DNA of 64,000 bases from Arenicellales bacterium (GCA_965262855.1 OZ253563.1:278228-342227); one strand, 5' to 3'; shown: positions 10,004 to 21,007, numbered from the stretch's first letter. Notes: a model not told the origin generated them from the sequence alone. Made by a program: numbers and translations.

Positions 10004-11989
10004 ATGAACAGAAAGCATCAACGCAAATCCCGCAAACATTCCAAGTCTGAATTTACTGCTGCAACAGTTGAATTTGTAAATCATCGAAATGTGCGAGTCA
10101 GAACTGAAGATGGCAGAACATTTTTGCCGAAAATAGGTCAACATCGGGACTATTTGCCGGGAGATCGTGTTGAACTCGAGTTAATGAGCCCCAGCCGACA
10201 TCAGAAACTGTTCTGTGTAATTCATAAGGTTGATCCAGTTGCTGACTACCAGATCGTGGCGCGAGTTGTCAAAAAAGTCGGTAAGGGAGTTGGACCAGCT
10301 ACACTCGTTCCTGTTGGATTCTCGCTAAGTTCTAGAATAGAAATTCGAGACTTCGATCTTAAAACGAGTCGTCTTCAATACCTTCTGGTCACAATTAGCA
10401 GGCAGGTAGCCACAGCGGCATCGGAAGCAGCATGGCGTTTAGTGCGAATCGATCGACTGCTTGAGAGCACATGCGAGATTGCAAACGCTGTCGCACTAAG
10501 CCGTTTTGGAATTCGAGGTGCTTGGTCGAGTGAAGTCAGCGCTGAGGTGAAGAAGCTTTCGGAATTACCAGCCAATGCCATCCCGAAATCTCGTAAAGAC
10601 TTAAGGCAACTGCCGTTTGTTACGATTGACCCAGTTACTGCAAAAGATCACGATGATGCCGTATTTTGTGAGAGAACCGAAGCAGGCGAATTTCGGTTGT
10701 TGGTCGCAATCGCAGATGTATCGCACTACGTTAATGAAAGCTCAGAAATTGATCATGCGGCGTACGCGCGAGGAACATCAATTTATCTACCGACTATGTC
10801 AGTGCCAATGTTGCCGGAGAAACTATCGAGCGACCTATGCTCCCTGATTCCCGAAAAAGATCGTTTAGCAATCGTGTGCGAGATGATAGTAAATGCTAAC
10901 GGCGAGATAGGGTCTTATCTGTTTTTTGAGGCAGTGATTAATTCTCATGCCAGGCTGAATTACTTTGAAGTTGAACGAGGTCGGATTAAACAGCGCTTGC
11001 CGAAAGCCGTTTCACCAAGTCTCCTGTGTCTCTTTGAGGCACATGATGCATTGTTGAAAGCACGCAAAAAACGCGCAACTTTGGAGTTCGACGTTCCGGC
11101 AATGCAGCTGAATTTTGATAATTCGGGGAACGTCGAATCAGTGGAAAAGTCTCAGAGTGTTCCCGCACATAGTTTGATTGAAGAGGCCATGCTAGCGGCG
11201 AATGTGTGCGCTGCTAAATTTATTGGCCAACACTATCCGAAAGCAGCAATGTTTCGAGTGCATGATCAACCAGATCCAAAAGATCGGATGGAACTGAACG
11301 GAATACTGGCTTCCTTTGGTGCCAGTCTACCAGTGCACGAAACCGCTACGGTTGCTGACTATCAGAAGATTATGGAGGTGATTGGCAGCTATCCTCAAGC
11401 TTTCGGTGCGCTTCAAATTCACTTGTTGCGTAGTTTGGCCACTGCGATTTATTCAGAGAAGAAAAACCCTCATTTCGCATTAAATTTTCCTAGTTACACT
11501 CACTTTACTTCACCTATTCGTCGATACCCCGACTTGATTGTCCACCGACTAATCAAAAATGTACTGAATAGTTCAAAGAATTCTTCAAATTTGAATACGG
11601 TCGCACTGCAGTGTTCCTATCTGGAGAGACGAGCTGAGGCTTGTTCCAGGGAGTCCGAAAAATGGCTCAAAGCAGAATTCATGAAAACAAAAATCGACTG
11701 CACCTATGACGGTGTCATTGTGGACATTCGATCATTCGGAATATTTGTTCAACTATCCTCTCCGTTTGTTGACGGCATGATTCCAATTTCACAATTGGGA
11801 TCAGAATATTTCGAATTTGTAAACGACAGTAGAGCGCTCTATGGCTCGTCCACTGGAAAGACCTACACGATCGGAATGCCAGTACAAGTTCGGGTATGCA
11901 AAGCCGATGCTGAATTTGGTTTTGTTGATTTTGAGTTAGTACGCGAGCAGAAAATCAACCGGCGAAAACGTAATTTTAAAAGAAGGTAG
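10004..11989 (+). CDS. rnr: RNB-family 3'-5' exoribonuclease (RNase R/VacB-like)
   Basis: RNB catalytic motifs (TIDPVTAKDHDDAV, YTHFTSPIRRYPDLIVHR), a C-terminal S1-like segment and a basic tail. Followed by rlmB as in many Gammaproteobacteria. Confidence 0.85.
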   Translation: MNRKHQRKSRKHSKSEFTAATVEFVNHRNVRVRTEDGRTFLPKIGQHRDYLPGDRVELELMSPSRHQKLFCVIHKVDPVADYQIVARVVKKVGKGVGPATLVPVGFSLSSRIEIRDFDLKTSRLQYLLVTISRQVATAASEAAWRLVRIDRLLESTCEIANAVALSRFGIRGAWSSEVSAEVKKLSELPANAIPKSRKDLRQLPFVTIDPVTAKDHDDAVFCERTEAGEFRLLVAIADVSHYVNESSEIDHAAYARGTSIYLPTMSVPMLPEKLSSDLCSLIPEKDRLAIVCEMIVNANGEIGSYLFFEAVINSHARLNYFEVERGRIKQRLPKAVSPSLLCLFEAHDALLKARKKRATLEFDVPAMQLNFDNSGNVESVEKSQSVPAHSLIEEAMLAANVCAAKFIGQHYPKAAMFRVHDQPDPKDRMELNGILASFGASLPVHETATVADYQKIMEVIGSYPQAFGALQIHLLRSLATAIYSEKKNPHFALNFPSYTHFTSPIRRYPDLIVHRLIKNVLNSSKNSSNLNTVALQCSYLERRAEACSRESEKWLKAEFMKTKIDCTYDGVIVDIRSFGIFVQLSSPFVDGMIPISQLGSEYFEFVNDSRALYGSSTGKTYTIGMPVQVRVCKADAEFGFVDFELVREQKINRRKRNFKRR

Positions 11990-11991
11990 CC

Positions 11992-12729
11992 ATGGGTAAG
12001 TTTTTTGGGGTTCATGTTGCAAAGACAGTGCTTCGGCACCGTCTGCAGGAAGTTGAATGTGTGTATTTGAGCGAAAGTAGAAACGACAGCAGGTTGCAGG
12101 AAATTGAACGGCTGGCGAATGACCACAGCATTCCAGTCCATCGCGTCTCTAAAGACGCCATGAACGAACATGCGCAAGGCAACAGACATCAGAGCGTAGT
12201 TGTCATTTGTCACGACAGCAAGAGAATGAAATCTCCGAACGTTCAGAATTGGCTTTCTTCTTTGCCAGATTCGTCATTGATTGTTGTTCTGGATGGTATT
12301 CTGGATCCGCGAAACCTCGGAGCGTGCATTCGGAGCGCTCACGCTGGGGGTGCGGGAGGCATCATTCTACCTCGAAATCGAGGTTGCCAAGTAAACGCAA
12401 CAGTGTCTCGAACTGCGGCTGGCGCAGCCGAAATAACACCGATACTTCGAGTTTCCAATCTTGCTCGAACCTTGGATTTGCTGAAAACCGCTGGATTGTG
12501 GGTGATCGGGCTGGAGTTGGCAGCAGAGAATTCCATTTATGCGATGGATTTATCTGAGCCATGTGCGCTCGTTTTCGGTACGGAAGAAACAGGATTGAGA
12601 AAAGAGACGAGGAAGAAATGCGACGTACTTGGGAGTATTCCAATGTTGGGTGGAATTCAGAGTATCAATGTGTCAGTGGCAGTAGGAGTGGTGACGTTTG
12701 AAACTGCCCGCCAACGAATGGTCGATTAG
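11992..12729 (+). CDS. rlmB: 23S rRNA 2'-O-ribose G methyltransferase, SpoU/TrmH family
   Basis: SpoU motifs (LDGILDPRNLGACIRSA, LVFGTEETGL, IPMLGGIQSINVSVAVGV); position downstream of rnr. Confidence 0.85.
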   Translation: MGKFFGVHVAKTVLRHRLQEVECVYLSESRNDSRLQEIERLANDHSIPVHRVSKDAMNEHAQGNRHQSVVVICHDSKRMKSPNVQNWLSSLPDSSLIVVLDGILDPRNLGACIRSAHAGGAGGIILPRNRGCQVNATVSRTAAGAAEITPILRVSNLARTLDLLKTAGLWVIGLELAAENSIYAMDLSEPCALVFGTEETGLRKETRKKCDVLGSIPMLGGIQSINVSVAVGVVTFETARQRMVD

Positions 12730-12916
12730 ACAATCAAATGCCATGATTGACTGAATTCCCCAGTCGTCGAGGATCAACAATTGGATATTGCTCAAGGCGC
12801 TCAGCCTCTTAGGGTAGCTCCGGCGCCTTTGACCCGTGTCAGTTCCAGCAGCAGTACGCTGAGCCGTATATAGTAAAATATATAGCCTGCAAAGAAGGAG
12901 GGCAGAGGTAAAAAGC

Positions 12917-13984
12917 ATGATTGAAACTGCAAATGAACTGACAAGAAGCGATCTCGCTTATCAGAAGCAAATTCTGCAAGGAGTTTCCCGGTCATTTGCC
13001 TTTACCATTCCACAGTTGCCTGATGATTTGAGCGTTGTGGTGGGCAATGCCTATCTCTTATGCAGAATCGCTGATACCATTGAAGACGAATCGGCGCTGT
13101 CGGCGGAACAGAAAAAAGAATTTTCCGAGCGTTATGTCGAGGTCGTTGCAGGGCAGGAAAATGCTGAAGCCTTTGCACAGGAACTGAGTGTGTTGCTGTC
13201 ATCTTCAACTACTGAAAGCGAACGCGAACTTGTCACCAACACTCCTCGAATTGTTAGAACTACCTGCAGATTCCGTCAATCTCAGCGCCAAGCACTTGAG
13301 CGTTGCGTAAGAATCATGACATACGGAATGGCCAAATTCCAGCAGAATGCCAATCCAAATGGCTTGAGTGATCTTCACCACATGGATCGCTACTGCTACT
13401 ATGTCGCCGGTGTGTTCGGCGAGATGCTGACAGAGTTGTTTTGCGACTATTCTCCAGAGATTGAAGAGCGGCGCGATGACCTGTTTGCGTTGTGTGTATC
13501 CTACGGACAAGGTTTGCAGATGACCAATATACTCAAAGATATATGGGATGATCGACGGCGCGGTGCGTGCTGGCTTCCGAGAGATGTTTTTCTCGCTGCT
13601 GGATTTGATCTTTGTTCCCTGTCTGCAGGACAGGCTGACCCCGGTTTCATTAAAGGATTGTACGAACTCGTTGCGATCGCTCGCCATCATCTTACCAATG
13701 CACTGCGGTTCATCCTGCTAATTCCAGTTCGTGAGGCTGGTATTCGGCGATACTGCTTGTGGTCGTTGGGCATGGCTGTGTTCACTCTGCGGCGAATATA
13801 TGCAATGCCAACATTCAAAAACGGCCAGGACGTAAAAATTTCGCGAAGCAACGTTAAAGCGGTTATCGTTGTTACAAGTGCTTTGGCACGGTCGAACTTG
13901 GCTTTGAAACTCTTGTTTGAAGCGGTAACTCGAAATCTTCCCCGTCCTGCATTGGGCAAGGACTTCGAACAAGCACCGTTATGA
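12917..13984 (+). CDS. Squalene/phytoene synthase family protein, paralog 1
   Basis: Asp-rich motifs [10 protein letters not shown] and NILKDIWDD, plus [13 protein letters not shown] and YGQGLQMTN, as in head-to-head prenyl synthases. Confidence 0.8.
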   Translation: MIETANELTRSDLAYQKQILQGVSRSFAFTIPQLPDDLSVVVGNAYLLCRIADTIEDESALSAEQKKEFSERYVEVVAGQENAEAFAQELSVLLSSSTTESERELVTNTPRIVRTTCRFRQSQRQALERCVRIMTYGMAKFQQNANPNGLSDLHHMDRYCYYVAGVFGEMLTELFCDYSPEIEERRDDLFALCVSYGQGLQMTNILKDIWDDRRRGACWLPRDVFLAAGFDLCSLSAGQADPGFIKGLYELVAIARHHLTNALRFILLIPVREAGIRRYCLWSLGMAVFTLRRIYAMPTFKNGQDVKISRSNVKAVIVVTSALARSNLALKLLFEAVTRNLPRPALGKDFEQAPL

Positions 13985-14046
13985 TCATTTGCTGACAGAT
14001 GGTTGTGCTGCTAGCAGGAATTCAAACTTGATGTGATAGATTTGAT

Positions 14047-15039
14047 ATGATGATTGCAAAAGAATTGACGGATGGTCATGCAATGAAGAAAGAAACTATA
14101 CGAGTGATTTTGGCTCAGCCACGTGGTTTTTGTGCGGGTGTTGAACGTGCAATTGCAATTGTTGAAGCGGCATTGAAACAATATGGTCCACCAGTCTACG
14201 TACGACACGAAATCGTCCACAATCAACGTGTTGTGGAAAACTTGAAAGCAAAAGGGGTGCGCTTCGTTGAAGAAATCGAACAGGTCCCCGACGGTGCAAT
14301 AACTGTTTTCAGTGCTCATGGCGTGTCGCGGAAAGTTGAAAAGGATGCGTCAGTGCGCAATCTGATCCCGATCGATGCCACTTGTCCGTTGGTCACCAAG
14401 GTGCACAAGGAGGGCCAGCGATATGCGAAAAGGGGCTACGATGTCGTCCTTATAGGGCACGAAAATCATCCCGAAGTGGAAGGCACCATGGGGCAGATAC
14501 CGGGGACGGTTTATTTGGTCAGCGATGTTCAGGATGTCGAGGAATTGAAAGTCAACGATCCTGAAAAAGTGGCTTACGTCACTCAGACCACCTTATCTGT
14601 TGATGATACTCGAGATGTAATTACTGCGCTACGGAAGCGATTTCCTAACATTGCCGGACCAGATATCAAAGATATCTGCTACGCGAGTCAGAATCGGCAA
14701 TCGGCTGCGCGTGAACTGGCTGCTCAGGTGGATCTGGTGCTTGTCGTTGGAGCGCACAACAGTTCCAACTCCAACCGTTTGCGAGAAGTCAGCATCGACA
14801 GTGGAGTGTCCAGCTATTTGGTAGAGGAACCGTCGCAGATTGATCCGAAATGGTTGCAAGGAAACAAAGTCGTTGGCATTACCGCAGGGGCCTCAACGCC
14901 CGAAGAACTGGTACATGGTGTAATTGAGAAATTGCGGGAATATGTCGACTTGGAAATTTCGACAATGGACGGCATTGTCGAAAATGTACATTTCAGTCTG
15001 CCCGTTTCTTTGGATCAAACAGCGCCAGCCAGGCAGTGA
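14047..15039 (+). CDS. ispH: 4-hydroxy-3-methylbut-2-enyl diphosphate reductase
   Basis: [31 protein letters not shown] and [13 protein letters not shown] are canonical IspH/LytB. The real start is probably the ATG at 14083. Confidence 0.93.
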   Translation: MMIAKELTDGHAMKKETIRVILAQPRGFCAGVERAIAIVEAALKQYGPPVYVRHEIVHNQRVVENLKAKGVRFVEEIEQVPDGAITVFSAHGVSRKVEKDASVRNLIPIDATCPLVTKVHKEGQRYAKRGYDVVLIGHENHPEVEGTMGQIPGTVYLVSDVQDVEELKVNDPEKVAYVTQTTLSVDDTRDVITALRKRFPNIAGPDIKDICYASQNRQSAARELAAQVDLVLVVGAHNSSNSNRLREVSIDSGVSSYLVEEPSQIDPKWLQGNKVVGITAGASTPEELVHGVIEKLREYVDLEISTMDGIVENVHFSLPVSLDQTAPARQ

Positions 15040-15178
15040 GAACACGCTGAGCTAGAGTTGAATCACGCTTTGGAAAGGTGTTTCTCCCCATTTCATGAGG
15101 TAGCGGCAGCCGAAGCGGGTCTGCTGAGGGTTCCGCCGCAAACCGTATGCTGGCAATTGGAAAACGAGATGGTAAAAC

Positions 15179-16219
15179 ATGACATGTGATCCCCAGAACG
15201 GGCCGACGGAAAGTGATTTTACCTATCAAAAACGAATACTTCAAGAAGTTTCACGCACATATGCGCTGACTATTCCCCAACTGCCCAGCCCCTTGTGCGA
15301 GCTGGTCTCAAATGCCTATCTTCTGTGTCGAATCGCCGACACCATTGAAGATGAGCCTGAATTGAGTTTGAAGCAGAAACAGGGGTTCTTGGTACGCTTC
15401 GTCAAAATCGTGGCAGGTGACGAGACAGCAGAATCTTTTGCGGGTGACCTCGGTACATTGCTGTCGTCTTCAACAGCCTCAAGCGAACATGATCTGGTTT
15501 CCAGCACTGCCCGGATTATTCGAATAACAAGAAGCTTCAGTGCTGTGCAAAGGCGCGCTCTTGAACGTTGTCTGACGATCATGTCAACAGGCATGGTGGA
15601 GTTTCAGCAAAATGTGAAACCTGACGGTCTGGATGATATGCTTCATCTTGACCGCTATTGTTACCATGTCGCCGGTGTAGTTGCTGAGATGCTGGCTGAA
15701 TTTTTCTGTGACTACTCTGAAGAAGTCAATGAACGATGCGAAGAACTGTTCGCACTATCGACAGCCTACGGGCAAGGGCTGCAGATGACCAACATCCTTA
15801 AGGATATATGGGACGACCAGCGCAACGGGGCGTGCTGGCTGCCGCGTGACCTGTTTCTTGCGACTGGCTTTGAATTGCGTTCTCTTGCCGTTGGTCAACC
15901 CGACCCAGACTTCATCAAGGGATTGTTCCAACTAGTGGCAATCACGCGCCGTCATCTTGCCGGCGGATTGCAGTTCATTTTGGTCATTCCCTCCCGTGAA
16001 ACCGGTATTCGACGACATCTTTTGTGGACGCTGGGAATATCGGTGCTTATGCTAAGGCAAATCTACTTTTCACCGTCGTTCAAATCTGGGCAGGAAATCA
16101 AGCTTTCGCGACGAGGCTTGCGGGCGATTACCATTGCAACAAGTTTGCTGGTTCGCTCAGATTTTGCTTTGAAACTCCTTTTTGGTGGATTGACACGCAA
16201 TCTGCCCCGTTCCGAATAG
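15179..16219 (+). CDS. Squalene/phytoene synthase family protein, paralog 2
   Basis: Collinear with paralog 1 over its whole length with no gaps seen. It carries the same [18 protein letters not shown] and NILKDIWDD motifs. Confidence 0.8.
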   Translation: MTCDPQNGPTESDFTYQKRILQEVSRTYALTIPQLPSPLCELVSNAYLLCRIADTIEDEPELSLKQKQGFLVRFVKIVAGDETAESFAGDLGTLLSSSTASSEHDLVSSTARIIRITRSFSAVQRRALERCLTIMSTGMVEFQQNVKPDGLDDMLHLDRYCYHVAGVVAEMLAEFFCDYSEEVNERCEELFALSTAYGQGLQMTNILKDIWDDQRNGACWLPRDLFLATGFELRSLAVGQPDPDFIKGLFQLVAITRRHLAGGLQFILVIPSRETGIRRHLLWTLGISVLMLRQIYFSPSFKSGQEIKLSRRGLRAITIATSLLVRSDFALKLLFGGLTRNLPRSE

Positions 16220-16396
16220 GCTCTTTGAGCAGAAATCTGTTTCCATTCGTCGAACTGTCATCGCAATTGTGACCTTTTGCGGCGATGACTCGAATTAATC
16301 GCTCGGTTAATTTCCAACACCCGCAATAAACGGGGCATCCTGAATTTGTAAAGCAGTTGCAGGGTTTGGCACGCCCTCAATATCCTTGCAAAGATA

Positions 16397-17221
16397 TCAA
16401 CGAATTCGTTTCAGACCTGTCTGTGTGAAATCCCTGTTGTCCAAGTCAGTCTGAAATTCGAAATCTATCCAGTTTATGACGGTGCTTTTTCCTGTAATGT
16501 GATTGACCATGGTGGAAGTTCCAGCGTACCAGTAACGGTCCAAGTACACATCATAGTCTGCTAGGGTCAGAGTTTTTAAATGCGTATTTTTTCGGTCGAA
16601 ATATTCCACCTTCCAGATACGAAGTTCGTCTTTGTCTTGCCAGATCAATTGCCGGCGGTATCCTGATTTCTTGCTTGTTGGAATGCGTTCTGTAACTGTG
16701 CAAGTCGAATCGCCACATGGTTCATCGCGCAGATATTGATGGGTAAATCTCTCCACTTCCTGATTACTCATGTCTTCGTAGGAAAACTCGCTGCCCATGA
16801 AGGAACCGGAACGATTTGAAGAGCTGATGCGCTTGACCCGTTTCAAAGCTGGCAGATAAAGCCATTGATCGTCAGCGTCCTTTCTGTGGGAATGAATGAG
16901 CAACGCAGTTCCCTTGACATCCCGTGGATTGTCAAACACGAACAGGCTTTTGTTGCCATCTCCGATAACCTCGAAGACTTTCACTCGAAGTTTTCTTTCG
17001 CTCTCCTGACCTTGCTTGTTGCGCAAAACCATGACTTGACGGGCCGTGAAATTGCCGAACCCTTCACTGCGTGCACGGGATTCAAGGGCGATCTGCAATC
17101 CGGCATCATCAGCCGAAGCGTTTTGTGAAAATACAGGTGATGACACGCTGATGCAGACCATGGCGGCTGTACAGGATGCAAGAAGAAGGGGAATTGCCTG
17201 ACGAGCAGAAACAAAGATCAT
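16397..17221 (-). CDS. LolA-like outer-membrane lipoprotein-sorting family protein
   Basis: Signal peptide plus the family signature DDQWLYLPALKRVKRISSSNRSGSFMGSEFSYEDM. Its start overlaps the stop of the upstream RND gene by 4 nt. Confidence 0.7.
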   Translation of the reverse strand: MIFVSARQAIPLLLASCTAAMVCISVSSPVFSQNASADDAGLQIALESRARSEGFGNFTARQVMVLRNKQGQESERKLRVKVFEVIGDGNKSLFVFDNPRDVKGTALLIHSHRKDADDQWLYLPALKRVKRISSSNRSGSFMGSEFSYEDMSNQEVERFTHQYLRDEPCGDSTCTVTERIPTSKKSGYRRQLIWQDKDELRIWKVEYFDRKNTHLKTLTLADYDVYLDRYWYAGTSTMVNHITGKSTVINWIDFEFQTDLDNRDFTQTGLKRIR

Positions 17222-19530
17222 AATTTTTTCCTGTCGATAACTACTAATAGAGATGGGAGAAGCAGGAAATCAGCAATGAGCGCGAAAACAAGTGTAATCG
17301 CGATGAGAAGACCTAGCGCCCAACTGCCTACATATCCTGACGAAATGAAAACCAGAAATCCTATTGACAAGACCGAAGTTGTCGTAAATAGTGCCTTGCC
17401 CACCGTGCGAAAAGCATAGACCACGGATTCAGATGAAGAAAGACCATCTTCGCGACGGGCCTTGATGTACTTGCTCAGAAAATGAATCGTATCATCCACG
17501 ATGATTCCAAAAGCGACAATAGTGACTACCGATGCAGATATGCCTATTTTGCCAATTGTGTAGCCCCACAGGCCGAAACTCATGGCAGCGGGAATGAAAT
17601 TCGGTATCAAACTGATGAGGCCCAGACGCAAGCTCTTGAAAATTCCGATCAAAATGAATGAGATGAGTGCCATGGCAATGATCGTACTGCGCAGCATGCT
17701 GTCAATGTTTCGCTGAGAAAGGTGAGCGAAAATCGTAGTGGTTCCCGATAGTTTCATCCCAATTTCAGGAAAATTTTCCTGCAGCCAAATCTGTGAGCGT
17801 TTGCCAAGCTCGCGATGATCCAGGGAAGACACCGTACTTGTTACCACAGACATGCGAGTAGCTGATTTGGTGACGTTGATTCGGTTGTTAAGATCGCTGC
17901 CGAACGGAAGCGACAGTTCATACAGCAGCAGATATTGCGCTGCCAGCGACTGATCTTCAGGCAATCGGTGAAACGCCGGGTCATCGCCATGCAAGTTCCT
18001 GTTCAAACGCTTCATGGTGTCTGAAAAAACTTGGACATGGGATACTTCAGGCTGTGAACGTTGCCACTGTGCGAAAGCATCGATCGCTCGCAGATACTCA
18101 GGGTTTGTGATGCCGCCGTCACTGCCTGATTCCAGTGAATATTCCAGAATGTCTATGCCGGCCAGGTTGTCAATAATAAAATCTGTGTCACGCCGAAACT
18201 CATATCGATCATCGAAATAATGCGCCCAGGCGTCGGTCAGCTCGTTGCGAGGTATGCCAAGAATCAGTAAAACTACCACTAGAGAAACAGACCAGAGCAG
18301 ATATTTGCTGCGAGCAGTAACAAATGCCCCAAATCGCTCGAAAAATTCCGATTTACCAGCACGCAACGCAGGTGCGCGCAGGGGCAGAACCAAAAGCACT
18401 GCCGGCAGCAACGTCATGCAGTAGGCGAAAGCACACAACACGCCAAATGCTACGCAATTGCCAAGAACATGAAAAGGCGGTGAATCCGATGCATTCAGAC
18501 TGAGAAAGCCGATCATTGTCGTAACCGTAGTCAGAAATATCGGATAGGCATTGCTGCGCAGCGACTCTGCAATCGCTGCTTTTCGGTCCAAACCTCGGCG
18601 CAATCCATTCTGTGTAGCTGTGACGATGTGAACTGAATGTGCGACGGACATTGCCATCACGATAATCGGCACGATTGCACTAAGGGGGTTGAATTGGGTT
18701 CCGACCCAGCCAGCGGCACCCATGGCAGTTGCAACAATGAACAATACCAATATGTTGATTGCCAAGGTGCAGAGTACCGATCGGAGAATAAGTATGGTGG
18801 TCACCAATATAATGAGGAATCCGATGGGCGCAAGCACCAGAAAATCATCTTGCGTCGCAGTGGCCAGAGTGCGGCTCAGAATGATATCGCCAGTCGCATA
18901 ATAGTTGATATCTGGGTGGTCCGCACGAGCTTGGTCTAGCATGGCATCCAGATAGTCGGTGATCTCAACTATTGTAGAATCCCAATTGTCAGGCAAAACG
19001 AAATGGATCGTCAGTGCCCCTACACGCCCGTCGTGGGCAATCAGATATCCAGCAATTTCATCTGAACTCAGAGCGGCCTTTTCGATTCGAATCAGGTCTG
19101 CATCGGTCAGCGACTGTGCATCATCAACAAGCGGTTCGACAATCAAGTCGTCATCAACCGCCTCGCTGTAGGGGAAGTTGGTAAGTGAATCCACGCGGTT
19201 GGAATATGGCACGTGCCAAGCCTGTTCAGTCAACTCTTCAATGGCTATAAGTGTTTTGCGGTTGAAAACTGAACCTTCTGATGGTGCAATTGCAATCAAT
19301 GCTGAATTGGATGCGGAGTAGGTTTGCTGAAATTCGTTGTAGGCAGCGAGCTCTGGATTGTCTGGGCCGAACATCACACGGTAGTCATTCGTTACTGTGA
19401 TAAAACGCCCGCCACTCGCCAGGACAATCATGACTAGCGTTGCTAATGCAATGACGAGCCAGGGTCGACGCAGAATCGCATCAATGAAGAAGTTAAGCCG
19501 AGAACGTGTCAAAGTGACGGACTGATTCAT
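17218..19530 (-). CDS. RND-superfamily (MMPL/COG1033-type) exporter
   Basis: 770 aa with two blocks of about six hydrophobic helices, each preceded by a large soluble loop. This is the typical partner of LolA-like proteins. Confidence 0.8.
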   Translation of the reverse strand: MNQSVTLTRSRLNFFIDAILRRPWLVIALATLVMIVLASGGRFITVTNDYRVMFGPDNPELAAYNEFQQTYSASNSALIAIAPSEGSVFNRKTLIAIEELTEQAWHVPYSNRVDSLTNFPYSEAVDDDLIVEPLVDDAQSLTDADLIRIEKAALSSDEIAGYLIAHDGRVGALTIHFVLPDNWDSTIVEITDYLDAMLDQARADHPDINYYATGDIILSRTLATATQDDFLVLAPIGFLIILVTTILILRSVLCTLAINILVLFIVATAMGAAGWVGTQFNPLSAIVPIIVMAMSVAHSVHIVTATQNGLRRGLDRKAAIAESLRSNAYPIFLTTVTTMIGFLSLNASDSPPFHVLGNCVAFGVLCAFAYCMTLLPAVLLVLPLRAPALRAGKSEFFERFGAFVTARSKYLLWSVSLVVVLLILGIPRNELTDAWAHYFDDRYEFRRDTDFIIDNLAGIDILEYSLESGSDGGITNPEYLRAIDAFAQWQRSQPEVSHVQVFSDTMKRLNRNLHGDDPAFHRLPEDQSLAAQYLLLYELSLPFGSDLNNRINVTKSATRMSVVTSTVSSLDHRELGKRSQIWLQENFPEIGMKLSGTTTIFAHLSQRNIDSMLRSTIIAMALISFILIGIFKSLRLGLISLIPNFIPAAMSFGLWGYTIGKIGISASVVTIVAFGIIVDDTIHFLSKYIKARREDGLSSSESVVYAFRTVGKALFTTTSVLSIGFLVFISSGYVGSWALGLLIAITLVFALIADFLLLPSLLVVIDRKKL

Positions 19531-19649
19531 TCGTCGGTTCCGATAAAGTTTATCGCCTGCTTATCGGTGACAATTCTTGACTGGGTACTGATGCGATGCC
19601 GACACTTGAAAAATTTCTGAAGAAGAGACTTGTACAGTGTGATCTATGT

Positions 19650-20831
19650 TTACCATTGGGTGGTATTCTCCGAGTATAAATGGTCGGGCAATTTGTAGCT
19701 GATGCCGTCTTCGTCGTCGTAATTCATGAATTCCAGCAAGTTCAGGAAGCTCACCAACTTGTATTTGGGAGTGAATTCTGGAAACAACCTGTTAAAAAAA
19801 GGAATAATACGATCCTGAATTCGTGCGTATGCCAATAGTCCGAATGTATGTAACTTGGGATACAGCAGCTGATTGGCAAGGGTGTGGCCTATGAGGGCGC
19901 GTGAAATGCGGTATATGTAATTTGCAAGACCGCGTCTTTGTTTGCGGTCGGAAATGCCAAAAATCAATGGGGTGGAATTTATCACGGAATTCGCTGATGC
20001 TATCGCTTCTAGATCAGGCACAGGTTCGCACATGTTCCCAATTTCAAAGAACTGAAGCGCTTCGTCGCTGTTGCGAAAAAGAATTGTGTCGGGAACTCCC
20101 AGCAAATGGCCTACATATCGCCAAACCGCCACATAGCTCTCGGATTCCTCATTGCTGAATTTGGCACCTAAATTTTTTGAATGCTGTAGCATTCTTGCTG
20201 AAAAAGCAACAGACGCAAGACACATGTGAGCTGAATGAAGCGGCGTGCCCCAGTCGTCGGGCTGCCATTCCTCTGATTCATTCATCAAATTTCTGACGCG
20301 TTCGTGAATTATTCGCGTTCGAATCGACAGCTTCCAGCCGTCACCGTACGGAATGAGTCCGCCTGGCATGAATACTTCCAAAGTGTGCCGAATATTCTGA
20401 TTCAAGCGTCTGACTCCTTGATCCCGCCACCGGCCGGTAAGGAAAAAAGCTTTGCTCATATTTGTTGAAAACCCTTCGATCAAAGATGCAGTCAAGGTTG
20501 CCGCCAGAATAAATTTGGAATTTCGGTGAAACATTTGTATCCCTGCACGAAACGAAGAGTAGTCGACCCAGTCGGGTGGAGATTTTTGTCGTTCTATGAA
20601 TTCTCGAAGCGAATGAGGTACTTCGATTTTCTCTTCATTTTGATTATTCAAAACTGCCCGCAGAGCCAAGTGTTGTTGCTTTGCCTCTAGGCTGGCGAGC
20701 TCTTTAACCATCGCTTCGATTTCAGGATCGCCTATTGTGGTGTGCTCGACATACTTCAAAGCAAGGTCAGGATTAACCTTGCGTGCTACCACGTATCCAG
20801 ATTCGTATACTGTTGGCATGTTTATTAGCAT
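19650..20831 (-). CDS. DUF2236 / MpaB-family oxygenase-like protein
   Basis: The pattern SIRTRIIHERVRNL...WGTPLHSAHMCLASVAFS...ESESYVAVWRYVGHLLGVP resembles the MpaB/Lcp (DUF2236) family. Called by eye only. Confidence 0.55.
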   Translation of the reverse strand: MLINMPTVYESGYVVARKVNPDLALKYVEHTTIGDPEIEAMVKELASLEAKQQHLALRAVLNNQNEEKIEVPHSLREFIERQKSPPDWVDYSSFRAGIQMFHRNSKFILAATLTASLIEGFSTNMSKAFFLTGRWRDQGVRRLNQNIRHTLEVFMPGGLIPYGDGWKLSIRTRIIHERVRNLMNESEEWQPDDWGTPLHSAHMCLASVAFSARMLQHSKNLGAKFSNEESESYVAVWRYVGHLLGVPDTILFRNSDEALQFFEIGNMCEPVPDLEAIASANSVINSTPLIFGISDRKQRRGLANYIYRISRALIGHTLANQLLYPKLHTFGLLAYARIQDRIIPFFNRLFPEFTPKYKLVSFLNLLEFMNYDDEDGISYKLPDHLYSENTTQW

Positions 20832-21007
20832 TCTAGGAGTCTGCGCTACAGAAAGATAGTCTAAATCCGGGTTCGGACAATCAATTTCGGATGAAAACCA
20901 TTGTCAATTTCAGAATTTCATCAGAATTCATGATGAATTGCCAGTTTTCACTCGATTTTTGGGAATTTCCTCCCAGATTTACCGAATTCAAGGCAATTCC
21001 TGTGCTT

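Noticed and set aside
12740-12830. Minus-strand peptide ...SALSNIQLLILDDWG resembling the IstB (IS21 helper ATPase) Walker B region
   Set aside because: Only about 15-30 residues are similar, with no flanking homology. This is too short to call an IS remnant.
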